A DNA stretch of 61,475 bases, counting the filler, from Choristocarpus tenellus KU-1152 (taxonomy: Eukaryota; Protista; Phaeophyceae): the NCBI GenBank assembly GCA_964200185.2. It is 12 parts of 12 records of this genome, joined end to end, with 100 filler letters (N's around TTAATTAATTAA, not from the genome) between each part and the next. Parts side by side here need not be neighbours in the genome. Positions count along the whole stretch, not along the records: positions 35,878 to 44,319 come from CAXNAD020004705.1; positions 44,420 to 49,039 come from CAXNAD020013765.1; 10 more parts are not named here. One strand, 5' to 3'. The translations under genes were made by a program, and so were the position numbers. The notes under the pieces are model-generated. The model was given only the letters and a program-made list of their open reading frames with translations, did not search any database and was not told where the DNA came from. Below, one piece after another: positions 35,901 to 47,571 of this stretch (within the stretch, counting starts at the first letter, position 1; every line of letters starts with the position of its first letter).

Positions 35901-37539
35901 TCACTGTCCTATGGCACATATACACCCCCAAGTGCGCTCTTCCATGTGTTTTCAAATCATTTTACTCACTCTGTGCAGTTCAAGGGAAGTAATTGAAGTT
36001 GAATGGAAATATTTGAGAAAAGCTTCATGAGGGCTGGTATAGGCTGGAGTGCCTCTGAATATAGTTCATCTGTGCAACTGAGAGCCCAATTGCTTGGGTG
36101 TGCATCAGGTATTAGAGCACCACCTTCACATAAAGCCAGAAGAATATAAGGTCCAGGACAACGATTTTTCTTGACGACAAGCAAAGAATAGTAACACATA
36201 CACCAGCAGGATAAATGTTATTTTTACTGTGGATCTTGCCTATCTTAGGGGCAAATGGGCTATGTTAGAGCTTTAATGCTGTGAGTGTACCCATGTTTTA
36301 GTTCTCTACAAAGCAGGACATAGCCAATACCCCATCACTCCCATCTTGATCTGATAGTGTAGGTAGGTAGTTGAGGATACGATTGCTCGCATCGCTTCCT
36401 CGTAGGTGGTAGCAGATTGCGTGATAAAATTGTCCAAATACATGTGGCATCGCATACTTGATGCCAAGTGAAAATCTCCTCTTGTTGTCAGACTTGGGCT
36501 TCTTCAATTGATCAAAGTCGAACAATCGCTTGAGTCTTCATACAACGAAATCAGTGATGTCGTGGGATGCTAAGCACTGTAATCCCCAAAGGTGCGCCTC
36601 CATTGTTGTTTATTGTATGGAGATCTCAAGTCCTCCATGCATCCTCCTTAGACTCGTTCCAATTCCAACCTTGCCCCATAGTCGCCTACGTTGCCCTCGT
36701 TTTGGTACCTTGCCACAATTGCTCCTGCTGACCCCTTGTATCTTCAGACATTAGCAGCAGCAAGAACACCAATATGTTGTCCTTGGCATGCATTGCATAT
36801 TATCATATCATGGTGTGCATTCCATCGCTTAAAACGTGGCTGTGAGAGGCTAGACGCTTTCATATTACTCTGTCGTGATCTCCTACAGACCCGTTTCTCC
36901 AGAGTGACCTTTGGAGTCTCAATCTTCACCAGATCTCAAATTGACCAGCCCGTTAGATCTGTTATACAGGTAAGGTGGTACCAGCAGCTTCGCCCTCTGT
37001 GGCAATATGGTTTTTTCCCCCTGTATCACCGCAACATATTATACAACAATATATATACATCAAATGAAAGGGTATGACAAGAGCTTTTGAAGGTTTGTAT
37101 GCAGGAATGTACAAACTTTGGTGAACGGGAACTATGTCCCAATAAAATAATGGGAAAAACGCGGGGGAATATCTTCGGGGCAATTTTGAAAGTCACGACT
37201 TCAAAACGGACAAAATTGAAGTGGTTGGCTGAACTCCTTGTAGAAAACTGGTCTGGGGTAGGTCGCTGCCCAAGTTTGGGTGGTGCGACCCTACCGAAAA
37301 AAATAGAAGAAAAAAACCCCAAGATTGCCGGACATCTTTTTAACGCCTTTTGCAGACTTTCTGTGAGCACATACACACGTGACTTACACAAAAACATGAA
37401 CACGGCGGTGAGACAAGGAGAGCCGCTGAGGCCACTCTGCCGCCTGGATCTACGCTCGGCACCTTCTCTGTCGAGAGGTGACAAAAAAACAAGTACCGTG
37501 TGACACTCAGTGCGATGTTAGGTGACGAGAAAGTGCGAG

Positions 37540-39060
37540 TAGTGTGGCGCAGTAGTATAATCAAATAGCGAAATGGATCACGGAGCTGCGACGCTGACAC
37601 TGAGAGAAGATACATTGAAAGCATTACCACGCAAACATGGTTAGATCTTCAACCACGTCGGAGCACTGCTTTACAGTCTCTGCCACCTCGGGAAAGCAGG
37701 AAGAGAGCGGCGAGTCCATCACCAAGTGGTACAGTGACGAAGTTTGTGGGGAAGCCTGGTCAGGCACCGTAGGCGAAGGGAGAACTGGGGTCCCCACCTA
37801 AAGGGAAGATTTGGGAAGAGAGCAGCATGACTGCGTGCCATTGCGCTCACGAAACGCCTAAGTGAAAACCCGGGTGTAGAATAACTTAGTAGTCGACAGT
37901 TGCAGCAAGCCCTGCCTGTTTGGAAGCTCTGTGAGCCCGAGTCGCTTAAGGAAACGAGAAAGAAGGTGCTAGGGTTGGTCTACAAGTGCTCTGAAGCCCG
38001 AAAGAAGGTCGAAAGGGCTCGCAAGGCGGAAGAGAAAGCGATCGTAACAAAGGCAGCTGCAGAGACTTTTCGATACCACCAAATCCTTTACTTAGAAGAG
38101 GTCACTAAGCAGGTGGAGGTAGCCATTGACGTGGACACTAGGGAAGAAGAGGAGGTGAGTTTGAGACTATTTGCACACCGATTTTGATGTCTCCCACTTC
38201 TTGCAAGATGCCGTATATTTACTTTTGTTCCTGGGCTTAGGGTTGGACGTATAAAGTTGGTTGATGCTTTCTCTCAGCCTGCATCCATTCGAGAAATCGA
38301 CACAATTTTCGATCAACTCAAACCTGTCCTCCCTCGCCCTTGCGCCTTGATGATAATATATCACCCGCCCAGGAAACACGTGTTGAATTATCCCACACTG
38401 GACCCGCGGCTTTTATGGTGCTTTAGTGAAGGACAAAGAACAACTTGATGTAGATGAACAAAGTTAATATTACAAGGTGCTTTATGGTCTCGATTCCGCT
38501 GACTGAATATGTGGGTAAGACCAGCCTAAACTACCATTATTATTCTAGAGTGTGGGGTTTGTAATAGTCCACACTAATTTATTATGAATCACTTATTTAC
38601 TTGTCTTAAGTATAGAAAGTGTATCTTGAACATGATATAAAAACCAATAAACACTTTGAGTCAGTACATATAATATATATCTGTCACTGACTCTCCATCC
38701 TATTATCTTATCCACCGGTGGTGTTTACGTGTATCAGCAGCACTATCTACGAACAACATGGATGATACCCATTTCCAGCGCTCAACGAGGAAATGTGATG
38801 GTAAGGGCTCTAACACTGCGAATCCTGTACCTGTGTATGAATGACAAGAAAAATTGTCAAATGGCGCTCGAGATGGCAGCAGGATATGCGATGATCAGGT
38901 CGGAAACTGTGAGTAAATGGGAGAGAGACTTCCTAACTAAGGGTCACATCAAGGTGTCAGAGCAAGGGTGCTACGAGAGGCGCTTCGTTCTGGGCGTGGA
39001 CGAGGACATCCTTGCCGAGGTGAAAGAATGGGTGCGCGAACACACAGGAAGAAAAGGTGG
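37540..39060 (+). pseudogene. Degenerate intron-containing DNA-transposase-like N-terminus (IS630-Tc1-mariner-like HTH)
   Basis: Exon-like segments end at EEEE|gtgagt (about 38154) and resume at 38738 with ..ETVSKWERDFLTKGHIKVSEQGCYERRFVLGVDEDILAEVKEWVRE, which resembles the W.R.F...G....S..G......DED......W.R HTH region of some ITm-like transposases. Upstream parts contain stops. Confidence 0.4.
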
Positions 39061-39764
39061 GGAGGCTTTTCCCCCGTCTAAACCCTATACTTTAATTAAG
39101 TAATAATGCATCTGATGCCACCCTTGGTTCGAACCCCAATATGACCGCTCTTTCTTCAAAAATAGGAAAAAATGATGAAAATAAAAACGAAGCCCGTACT
39201 CTGGAGGGCATTGTGACGGGCATCACGAATATGGTATTATTGTGTAAATCCGATGTCTACATCAAACGTTATGACAGGACATCCCCAGCGGGCGAAGCTA
39301 CTGGTACCTCTATAGCTTCTTCAGATCATTCTATGAATTAGTTATCAAATTTGTTTTATTTTTGGAATGCCAAATATCAAGATTTTCTTACTTATTTGAT
39401 ATGACACACAAATTAATTGATATTTGGATTTGAAATTCACCACTAATTCTCTCAAGTAGTAATCAACATCAACGTTTTCGGCTCCTACATTTATTTGCTA
39501 TGAAACTCAAATCTTCACCCATCCAACTTAATACTCAAATACTTGCGGGGTTAAATTATTCACAACCCGAGCGCAAGGTTTTGGATCAGGCCTGGTAGTT
39601 TCTGGAAGACACACGACCTCGAGAGACGTGGTAGAATTGTGTAGAGGACCTTAGGGCAAAGGGTCAATTCTAGGGCATCTCTTGTAGTGATGATGGGTCT
39701 CAAATTCAAATATCACTTTCTATTTATGTGATATATTTGACACATATATTATTTTTTAGAAAAT

Positions 39765-40123
39765 TGTTAAGAAGTCTGGTTCTGTGTGATGGGGGGTGAT
39801 GAGAACCACCAGAGATGAGGTTCAGAAGGGAAGTGAAAGATGAGACTGAGGTATGCTGGGTGTATGTTGACACCCCTAGCGTGTCATGTGGATCAATCTT
39901 CAATATGATTGGTTGTAACCAGTCAGAACAGAAAACACAATCTCGACCTTTGCGGGTTTGAATTCACCGTTCATGTCGGGGTTACCGCATGCCAGTTGTG
40001 CGTCTGACCCACATCACTTGGGCTGACCTCAATGTCAAAAGGTGACACGCGCAATTGTATACGACTGTGCGTACTAACCTCATCAATGTTGGGGAATCCC
40101 AAAAAGGCGACCTGTCTGTGACA
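39765..40123 (-). mobile_element. Solo LTR, about 359 bp
   Basis: The minus strand begins TGTCAC and ends TTAACA (TG...CA). It is homologous to 43210-43520 and has AT-rich similar sequence on both flanks. The TSD is not clean. Confidence 0.6.
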
Positions 40124-41059
40124 ATATACATTTTTGGAATATCAAATATCAAGGTATTGCATATTTGATCGTTTTGATATTGATTTGATGGTGGAAGTAA
40201 AAAAAGGCTGAATTTCACCCCCTCTCGTCTATATTCGTCCCAAAAGATGCATATCCTCTCATGGTACCCAAGGAATAACTTCCTATCTCTTGTCATTTGA
40301 GTACAAGGGGTGGGGTTAAGTGTTAGGAAAGTACATAATATTACTATTATTTTGATGTACTAATGTATGCTTACCAAATTGTGTCACTCACCTGGAGCCG
40401 ACTGTCAGTGCTGTGTCTGGGACTACATGAGGAAGGCGAACTAAAGCCAGCAAAGAGAAACAACACATCATGTACGGCTCTTCTATCTTCCCTAAGTCTA
40501 CATAGTACGAAGTAGAGGACCTCTAGTCAGAGGTGGCAAGGACATTATGTTCCAGGCGAATAGCACAAGTATTGATTCTCGCGCTATAACCAGCGCCAGC
40601 AGTGTACGCGCGTGTGGAACCCCCAAAAGGGAACTCCGATCTGCTAAAAGTTGAAGAGTAAGATCTGTAACTTGGGAATGTATGCAATGGTTTTCAGGTG
40701 TATTTCAACGTCTGTAAGCCGGAACGAATAAACCGCAAATGATGATAAAAGAGACCCACACATCTCACTTTTTTTCTGATACCAAGTTTTACATATGTGC
40801 TTATTGACTCAGAAAAGTACCTTTATCTGCTGACCTGATATTCATTTTCCTCGGTTGGACCTTTTGACTGTCAGAGTATCCCAGGAGCCCTGTACAACCA
40901 TCAGCGCCATCTACAGGCCTGTAGATTGGAGCTATACATCCCGTGGAGGTAAGCTTTGGAGCGTGCTGTAACACGTACACAGGGTGATGTATTTGTCTCC
41001 ACCGTGACTATGATTTCCTACTACCTACGACTTCCACACTTGCTTGGGCACCAAAGTCA

Positions 41060-41380
41060 TCCCCATAAGAAAGAGTGCAGCACCACAGTGTCGTCAATTA
41101 CACCCCCAGAAAAGAGATAGTTGCGCTTGGTGGTGACTTTGTTGCCAGCAGAGAAGAACGAGCTTTCAGATACAGCTAAAGTGGCCCGTCCAGGCAAAAG
41201 CTTCCATCCCAAGTTAATCTTTGGTGTTGTGGGTAAATTTCACATCCTTTTCCTCAACTTCACCATTGACTTCCTTGTTGTACAGTTGCCCTCTTCTACA
41301 TCATTTTCTTCTTTTCTTGTTGTCGCCTTTGCTTCCAAGTCCAGAGCATTCTCTGACACACTTGTCTAACTCTCATCTGC
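41060..41380 (-). mobile_element. hAT transposase C-terminal dimerisation-domain remnant
   Basis: ATLAVSESSFFSAGNKVTTKRNYL..GVIDDTVVLH matches the hAT consensus PATSA.SER.FS.AG.I.T.KRN.L...VD.LVFL. Stops are present. Confidence 0.65.
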
Positions 41381-41580
41381 TATGATACCAGAATTATATA
41401 ATACCAGAAGTATTACCTCACAGAAGTGGTTATGCGATGACTCATTTTCCAACCCTCTCAACCGTGCATTGTCTACTAATATCAACACCACAACGCCACC
41501 CTGTTAATTCACTGTGACAACATTTACATTTCAACTGGTGTATGACTAGACTGTTATATGCTACTCACTGTGAATTTTTG

Positions 41581-41745
41581 GGCTCATTGTATCTGTGGGG
41601 GGTGTGTGTCCACCATGGTTCCATTCGGGCCCTGTCCAGGAAAAGTGAACATACATTTTCCATCCGACGCATGGAACTAAATCACCCAAAAATCGTGATA
41701 TGAAAAAATGGGAACAGAATGGACAGCTGCCACCCCCCCCCTGAT
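41581..41745. mobile_element. MITE family A, diverged copy
   Basis: GGCTCATTGTATCTGTGGGGGG...TCCATCCGACGCATG..AATCACCCAAAAATCGTGA..AATGGACAGCTGCCACCCCCCCC. Confidence 0.8.
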
Positions 41746-41749
41746 AGCC

Positions 41750-43520
41750 ACCTTCCTGCTAAGGTATACCTTTAAAGGATCCTTCCTTTAGAAGGTATGC
41801 CGCAAAGTCTGTTTCCTCGTACCACATCAGCATTGTTTCCTGATGGCTTGGAATCGGGTTGCTTGAGTTGAGCTTACAACCCCCCCTCATTCCCTTTCCC
41901 TATTCATTCCTTTCCTGATTGACCTCCTGAGGGTTACTCACCCTCTTGCATTGTCTCTATCCTTTCCATTCCTCCTGTGGGTCTTCCCGGTCCCCTTCAA
42001 TCTGAAGAATCTTTCTGTCCAATCTGATTCCGAGTCGTTTCACAATTATTTTTTGTCACTTTATTCTGGGGAATATCCCAACCCACGACCAAAGACACTA
42101 CACACTCCACTACTTCTCGCACTAACTTACAGACTATTGGTTGCACTATAACTAATTAGACTGCCCCATGCGTTCCTTAGTTCTCACAGGTTGGATTCAA
42201 CACTCCTCATACTGCTCATCAATCTATCTCCTCCCTCGAAATCTGGGATATGTACTCCTCCACCCACAATGATACTTCACCGCCACGATCCAGATCTTTC
42301 GTGTCCCTTTTTTGTGGTTTTATCTGGAAAATATGTAATAGTAGGGCAGAGGTATACCTCCCCAATGCACTTGTTACCTCGTAAATTCCATCAAGGGTTA
42401 GGAATCCCCAAGAATGTGTGGCGAATTGATTAGCCCTTTTGAGTCAGTTTTTAACGTTGATCTTGTTGCGTCTTATTGTAGTACTACTCCTATCTGTCTT
42501 GCAAATGATCATAACACTCATTACACTTTCCGGTTGTTGCAGATAAACGGATGAGGGAAAGTTTTCACCCATTCTTGAAATTTGGCACCAGGGGAATAGA
42601 ACAAATCCTGTGCTCCAAGAACTCATGGGGTAGGTCCTCTTGAGAAAGATGTATCGTGATCAAGAGATCAAGTACATAACCCCAGGGAATGTGGTCGGGG
42701 TAGGGCAGGTCAATATACTCATATTATCTGTTCCTGCTTTATCCGTGAAAGCGTCGCAGCAAGGAGGTGGACCTTCACACTCTCCAACTCCCAAATGGTG
42801 TTAGACTTATGCGACAACTTCGACTTGAATGAAGAAGTTGTCATGGATATCAAACTTTCTGTCCTCCTTTTATTCGTCATCTTTGCCCAACAGTTGATGG
42901 AGGGTCTGGTCCAGGTTACGTTGAAGGCTGTCTCCCAGAGATTGTGATACCCCCCTAGTGTTCGAGCGAACCACCAAAGGGTGTATTAGCTTTTTTGACG
43001 GGGATCAGTATCTGCACGTTTCGGGATATTGGATGACCCTTCCTCTCAACCTACGCTTCCTTGATGGTGCTTCATTTCTCGAAGTCGTCTCGTGCTTTTG
43101 TCCAGGGTCAACAAACGTTTTGAGTTGGCTGCGCTACATTCTTGTCCGCCATTGTGGCGTGGCCCTACCTCTCTGGTGACTCCCCAACACAGATCGGCAT
43201 GAGTTCCATTGTTATGGGGTCTGGTTCTGTGTGATGGGGGGTGATGAGAACCACCAGAGATGAGTTTCAGAAAGGAAGAGAGAGATGAGAGTGAGGCATG
43301 CTGGGTATATGTTGACAGCGTCAGAGTGTCACGTGCATCAATCTCCATTGTTCTCACACAAGACACTATATAAACTTTTGGTGGTTTGAATCCACCGTTC
43401 ATGTCGGGGTACTACAAGTTCGCTGTATGTCTGGCACACACCAGATTATCTATGTCGTCCTCAATAACAAAAGGATGCGCGCACAAACGTGACTGCGCGC
43501 ATTATCCTTGGCAATGTTGG
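41750..43520 (-). mobile_element. LTR retrotransposon remnant: 5' LTR, PBS-like TGG and degenerate internal region
   Basis: The LTR copy (43520-43210) ends ATAACA and is followed by A-TGGAACTCATGCCG in the PBS position. The internal region is coding-like but has many stops. Confidence 0.5.
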
Positions 43521-43902
43521 TATACACAGAGGGTGTACCTATATAAGAGAGGGTAGGGACAAGCGAAAAAAAACTCTCTTATATCCCGATCCTCTCTTAT
43601 ATTATATAAGAGTGCTTTTCTCTTAAACTGAGGGATCGTGATAAGAGAAACCTATGTTATATCCAGCAACAGTACTTGTAGGCACTTCATACTTGTCCTC
43701 GAACGACGACAGATCGACGCCCTTGCTGATGTGCTTCCCATGTGCCTTCCAGAGTTAAAGATTTCAAGAGTCAAGAGTTACATGTAGATACGTGTTGAAC
43801 ATTGCCCTTCTTGAGAGCCCATTTCGATGAAGCTGTGGTGGTGCAGCAAGCACCACATCTACAGCACCACTGCACAGTATATTAGTGTCATACGTACATG
43901 CA

Positions 43903-44162
43903 GAGTGAAAGTATCTTAGAGGGTACGAGTTTTGTCCTGTTTGTCCATCTCGGGCTTGGCTTTCCCTGAGTTTTTTTAATGACATTTTCCAACTCCAAAA
44001 TGTGTCGGAGTAGGTAAAATGTGTGCGTTATGAAAAGGTGTGCCTGGAACAAGGATATTGACACTTCTTGACAGACACGATAGCCAAAATTACAACAAAA
44101 TCGCAACATTGGATTTTGGCCCCCAAATGGACGCGGCGCTACCCTCTAAGATACTTTGGCTC
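43903..44162. mobile_element. MITE family B (Sola-like), complete copy
   Basis: TIRs GAGTGAAAGTATCTTAGAGGGTA and TACCCTCTAAGATACTTTGGCTC. Flanks TGCA/TGTA (one mismatch). Reverse-complement homolog of 60681-60938. Confidence 0.88.
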
Positions 44163-44319
44163 TGTACCTGGTGCACCTCAGTACAATGGAGCGGTTGAAA
44201 GAAGAATAGCAGTGGTTTGGGAAAAGTCACTTGTACTGCGATATGGTGCGAGACTGGAGAAAGATGGGACCTTGTGGGCAGAGGCGATGTCACATGCAAA
44301 TGATCTTACCAACATGGCA
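44163..44319 (+). mobile_element. Ty1/Copia integrase fragment
   Basis: VPGAPQYNGAVERRIAVV...LWAEAMSHANDLTN matches the Copia integrase pattern PQQNG.AER...LWAEA...A..L.N. Confidence 0.85.
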
Positions 44320-45798
44320 NNNNNNNNNNNNNNNNNNNNNNNNNNNNNNNNNNNNNNNNNNNNTTAATTAATTAANNNNNNNNNNNNNNNNNNNNNNNNN
44401 NNNNNNNNNNNNNNNNNNNCCCCCTCCCAGTGTGCCCGTCGTTCGTGAGCAAGCGATAGGGTGGGTGGGCGGGAGAGCTTGCTCGGAGGTTGCCTTGGTC
44501 TCCCCTCCTCGTCCTGTACCCCTGGTTCTCTTCCATCTTATCAATCACTGCTGTTTCTCCTCTTTTCTACCACTTATTTCTGTTAACCTTCTCTTCCCTT
44601 CCTTAACTATTCGTTCTCTTCTTGCTTCCTTCTTTTTCTTTTCCCTACCCCCATTTGTCCAGTGCCCCCAGCCAACCAGAACTCTTCTGTCCACAAAACT
44701 CAGATTATTCCATAAACTCTCACTTGATGATGTAATATGACAAGGATCAAAATCATGCGTGATGACTTCTTTGGTGAGGGTCTGGTTCCATACCAGAATC
44801 CTATTAGTCGGATTAGGGATTGTGACAATGAGATGGTGGGAACAAAGAAACTATACCTGCATCACAGAATGACATATCAAAGAGGAGGAAGTTGTGATGA
44901 TGAGAAATAGTGGGGAACGTAAATACTGTTGACAAGAAAAGAGTCATACTGTATAAATAACATAAGAATGTATGGATATTTATTTCGAGGAAGAAATATA
45001 GCCTCACACGACTCTTACTCATTTCTAAAAAAGGAATCAAATATATTTTCTGACATAGGTAAGATATAGGTCTTTTTGGAGTAGAAGTGGAAAAAGAATA
45101 TTTTATTGAAGTGACCGAAAAATTATCCACCATAATAGCGATCGGTCCATTATTTACCCATTTCCTATAAATTCTAATGCAGATAGATTTTATTATAATG
45201 CCCTCTGACATTTTGCAGATGTGTCAGGGGAAAACCAATGAAAACTATATNNNNNNNNNNACTATATACATATGTGTATATGAAATGTCCTCAACATAAG
45301 AATACTATAAGACAATGCGTGGAAACCACTCAGATTGAAGGGTGATTTGAGAGTTGAGGAAGCGTGTGTTGGTATCTTATCTTTTCATCGAATATCAACA
45401 AAAACTGTGTGGGGTGGACATTTGTACCTTGTTTTCATTATTTAGCATTTTCCCTAACAATAATATCAGTTTTTTTTATAGTGTTTTCACATTTATGATA
45501 TTTTATTTCTTTTGGGCTAATAATGACATATTATGAATAGTTTTCATTGGTTTTCCCCCTGACACATCTGCAAAATGGCATAATAATAAAATCAGTATCT
45601 ATATGATCAATTTTCTCCCCAACTATTTTTGAACCTTGACTTTATTGGTTGTATTCCATATCAAATAGAAGAGAGAAAGACACTTTACACGACCAGAGAG
45701 GGGTGTGCTGAGAATGGACTGGTACTGACAAGAAAGACGGGGGAATTAATCTTGCTTTCCCAGAGCTCTACCTTCACGAAGGCGGTGATTACAGAAAT

Positions 45799-47571
45799 AT
45801 GGAGGAAAAACCCGGATCAAGGAAAGTAAAAGGGAAGGTGAAGGGGAAGGGGGGAAGGCCTGCATCAGCGTGCACAAACTGTAAGCTGAAGAAGAGGCAT
45901 TGCGACGGTGACGGGGTAAGGAAGTGCAGGTATGTAAATCTTTCGTCAATGCAGTTGTGGTTCAAAAATCATTTCCTTGTGTCTGGTTCCACTTGGGAGT
46001 ATGTTATGTTGCATAAACAAACCTTGAGGGTTTTTTTCTGTCAAATTTTGGATTCTCTGGCATGTTCGGATGAGCCTTGTTCCATCATCTTCCACAGGCA
46101 CTGCGCCCAGCGACAAGAGAGTTGCTCTTATGCCTCGACTGAGCCTCGGCCAGCAAAGTGTGACTCTTCTCGAGTTGGGGCAAGGAGACCAGCAGGTGAA
46201 TGGAAACATCCACCGATCGCATCTGCCTGTAGAAAAGACTTGGGTTCAACACAAAATAGGGAAGGAGGACTCGGAATTGGAAAAAGAGGGCGGTGGCCTG
46301 CATGTTTTTTTCCATCAACCCTTGATGCTGCAGGATTCCAACAATCGAAGCCGCTGGAGTGGATAGAGACGTATCCACCCCCGGAGCAAGCCATGTTATA
46401 TTCTCATGGAAGATCGATGGGCACTATGGCAAGAGCTCATGCACCTGACCGTCCTGCTGAAGACGAGGTAGGTTTGGCGACGGAGGTAGGTCATGCACAG
46501 ACAGGACCAAGACATGCTGATAAATGTGAACGTGGACGAGATCCAACAGGAGAGGAACCTTATGAGTCCCTGTCCGATGCGTTTATTAAAGGATCCCACG
46601 GCAGCACTGCTGAACGAGTGGCTCGCTGTTGTCCTGATACGGTAGGACCGACCAGACGCCCTAGGCTTTCTCCTTCCCCTGCCGCTGGCTTGTCAGGACT
46701 GATGGAGAGCGTGTTCCTCGAGACCTTCTTCACTCATTTCGTATCATTCTTGCCAGGCACGTTTGGGGAGGGCGTGCAAGAGGCACTCTCCAGTCTCATG
46801 ATAGATTCTTCAAGTATAGTTGAGGATGGTAACTTTGGCGTCATTGGATCCAATGCGGTCCGAAAAAAACCTGGGGACAGGAATATAAGGGGCTACAGCA
46901 AGCGCCGGAGAGGGAGCGATGCCATGATAGTTATCGGACATACGAAGTATCGTGGCAACGCTTTAATGGCCACCATGTGGAAATCCATTGCAATTGGTGC
47001 TGTCTTGCAGGGGTGTGGACAGGATCTTATCAACAGGTGGGGGTAGAGTACGGTGAACCTTCTAATCCTGCTTCCCTCCTTCTGTCTCTGCTTCGTAACC
47101 TTTCCTTCCCTTCATCCTCACATTTTTCACTCCTCATTGGCTTGCTCCTACCCTCATCGGCTTCCTTCTCCATGCCCTTGGCCACCTCCACCTCACCAAT
47201 GGCTTGTTTTCGACTATTACCACTTCACCTTTGCCATCCAGATACATTGCTCTTGGTGAACACTGCCTCATGACAGAGTCCAGCTCAACAAAGGGTGGAC
47301 ACCTTCATCGTGTCCATGCACTTTTGCTGAGGGGCTGCCTTGCAGACTCCCAGGGTGACACTGAAAGGTGCTGTTTGTAATGCCAATGTCACTCATTTGG
47401 AGTTTCTACGAGAGAGGGATTATCTTTGAATGTCTCTCGTCCGTGGTATCTTTCCTTTTTCTTCTCATGTTGGGATCCCTGCAGGTTCAGTTCCAGCACC
47501 CATGATGCCATCGCTGCTCTAGGTAGGGCGTCCATGGAGGAACAGGGGAAGATGCGCCCAGTTGTAATGTG
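45799..47571 (+). CDS. Zn(II)2Cys6 (fungal-type binuclear cluster) transcription factor, exons 1-3 (partial)
   Basis: Exon 1 is 45799-45929, exon 2 is 46098-47036 and probable exon 3 is 47485-47571. The spliced product has C-x2-C-x6-C-x7-C-x2-C-x6-C (ACTNCKLKKRHCDGDGVRKCRHCAQRQESCSY). The downstream RPRLSPSPAAGLSGLMESVFLETFF box resembles that of brown-algal members of this family (from memory). Confidence 0.85.

Noticed and set aside
36298-36929. Coding-like minus-strand region, considered as a PIF/Harbinger transposase
   Set aside because: It is stop-interrupted and has no convincing DDE motif.
39120-39150. GGTTCGAACCC B-box/tRNA-like motif (similar case at about 57885-57940, minus)
   Set aside because: I could not build a cloverleaf or find a properly spaced A-box.
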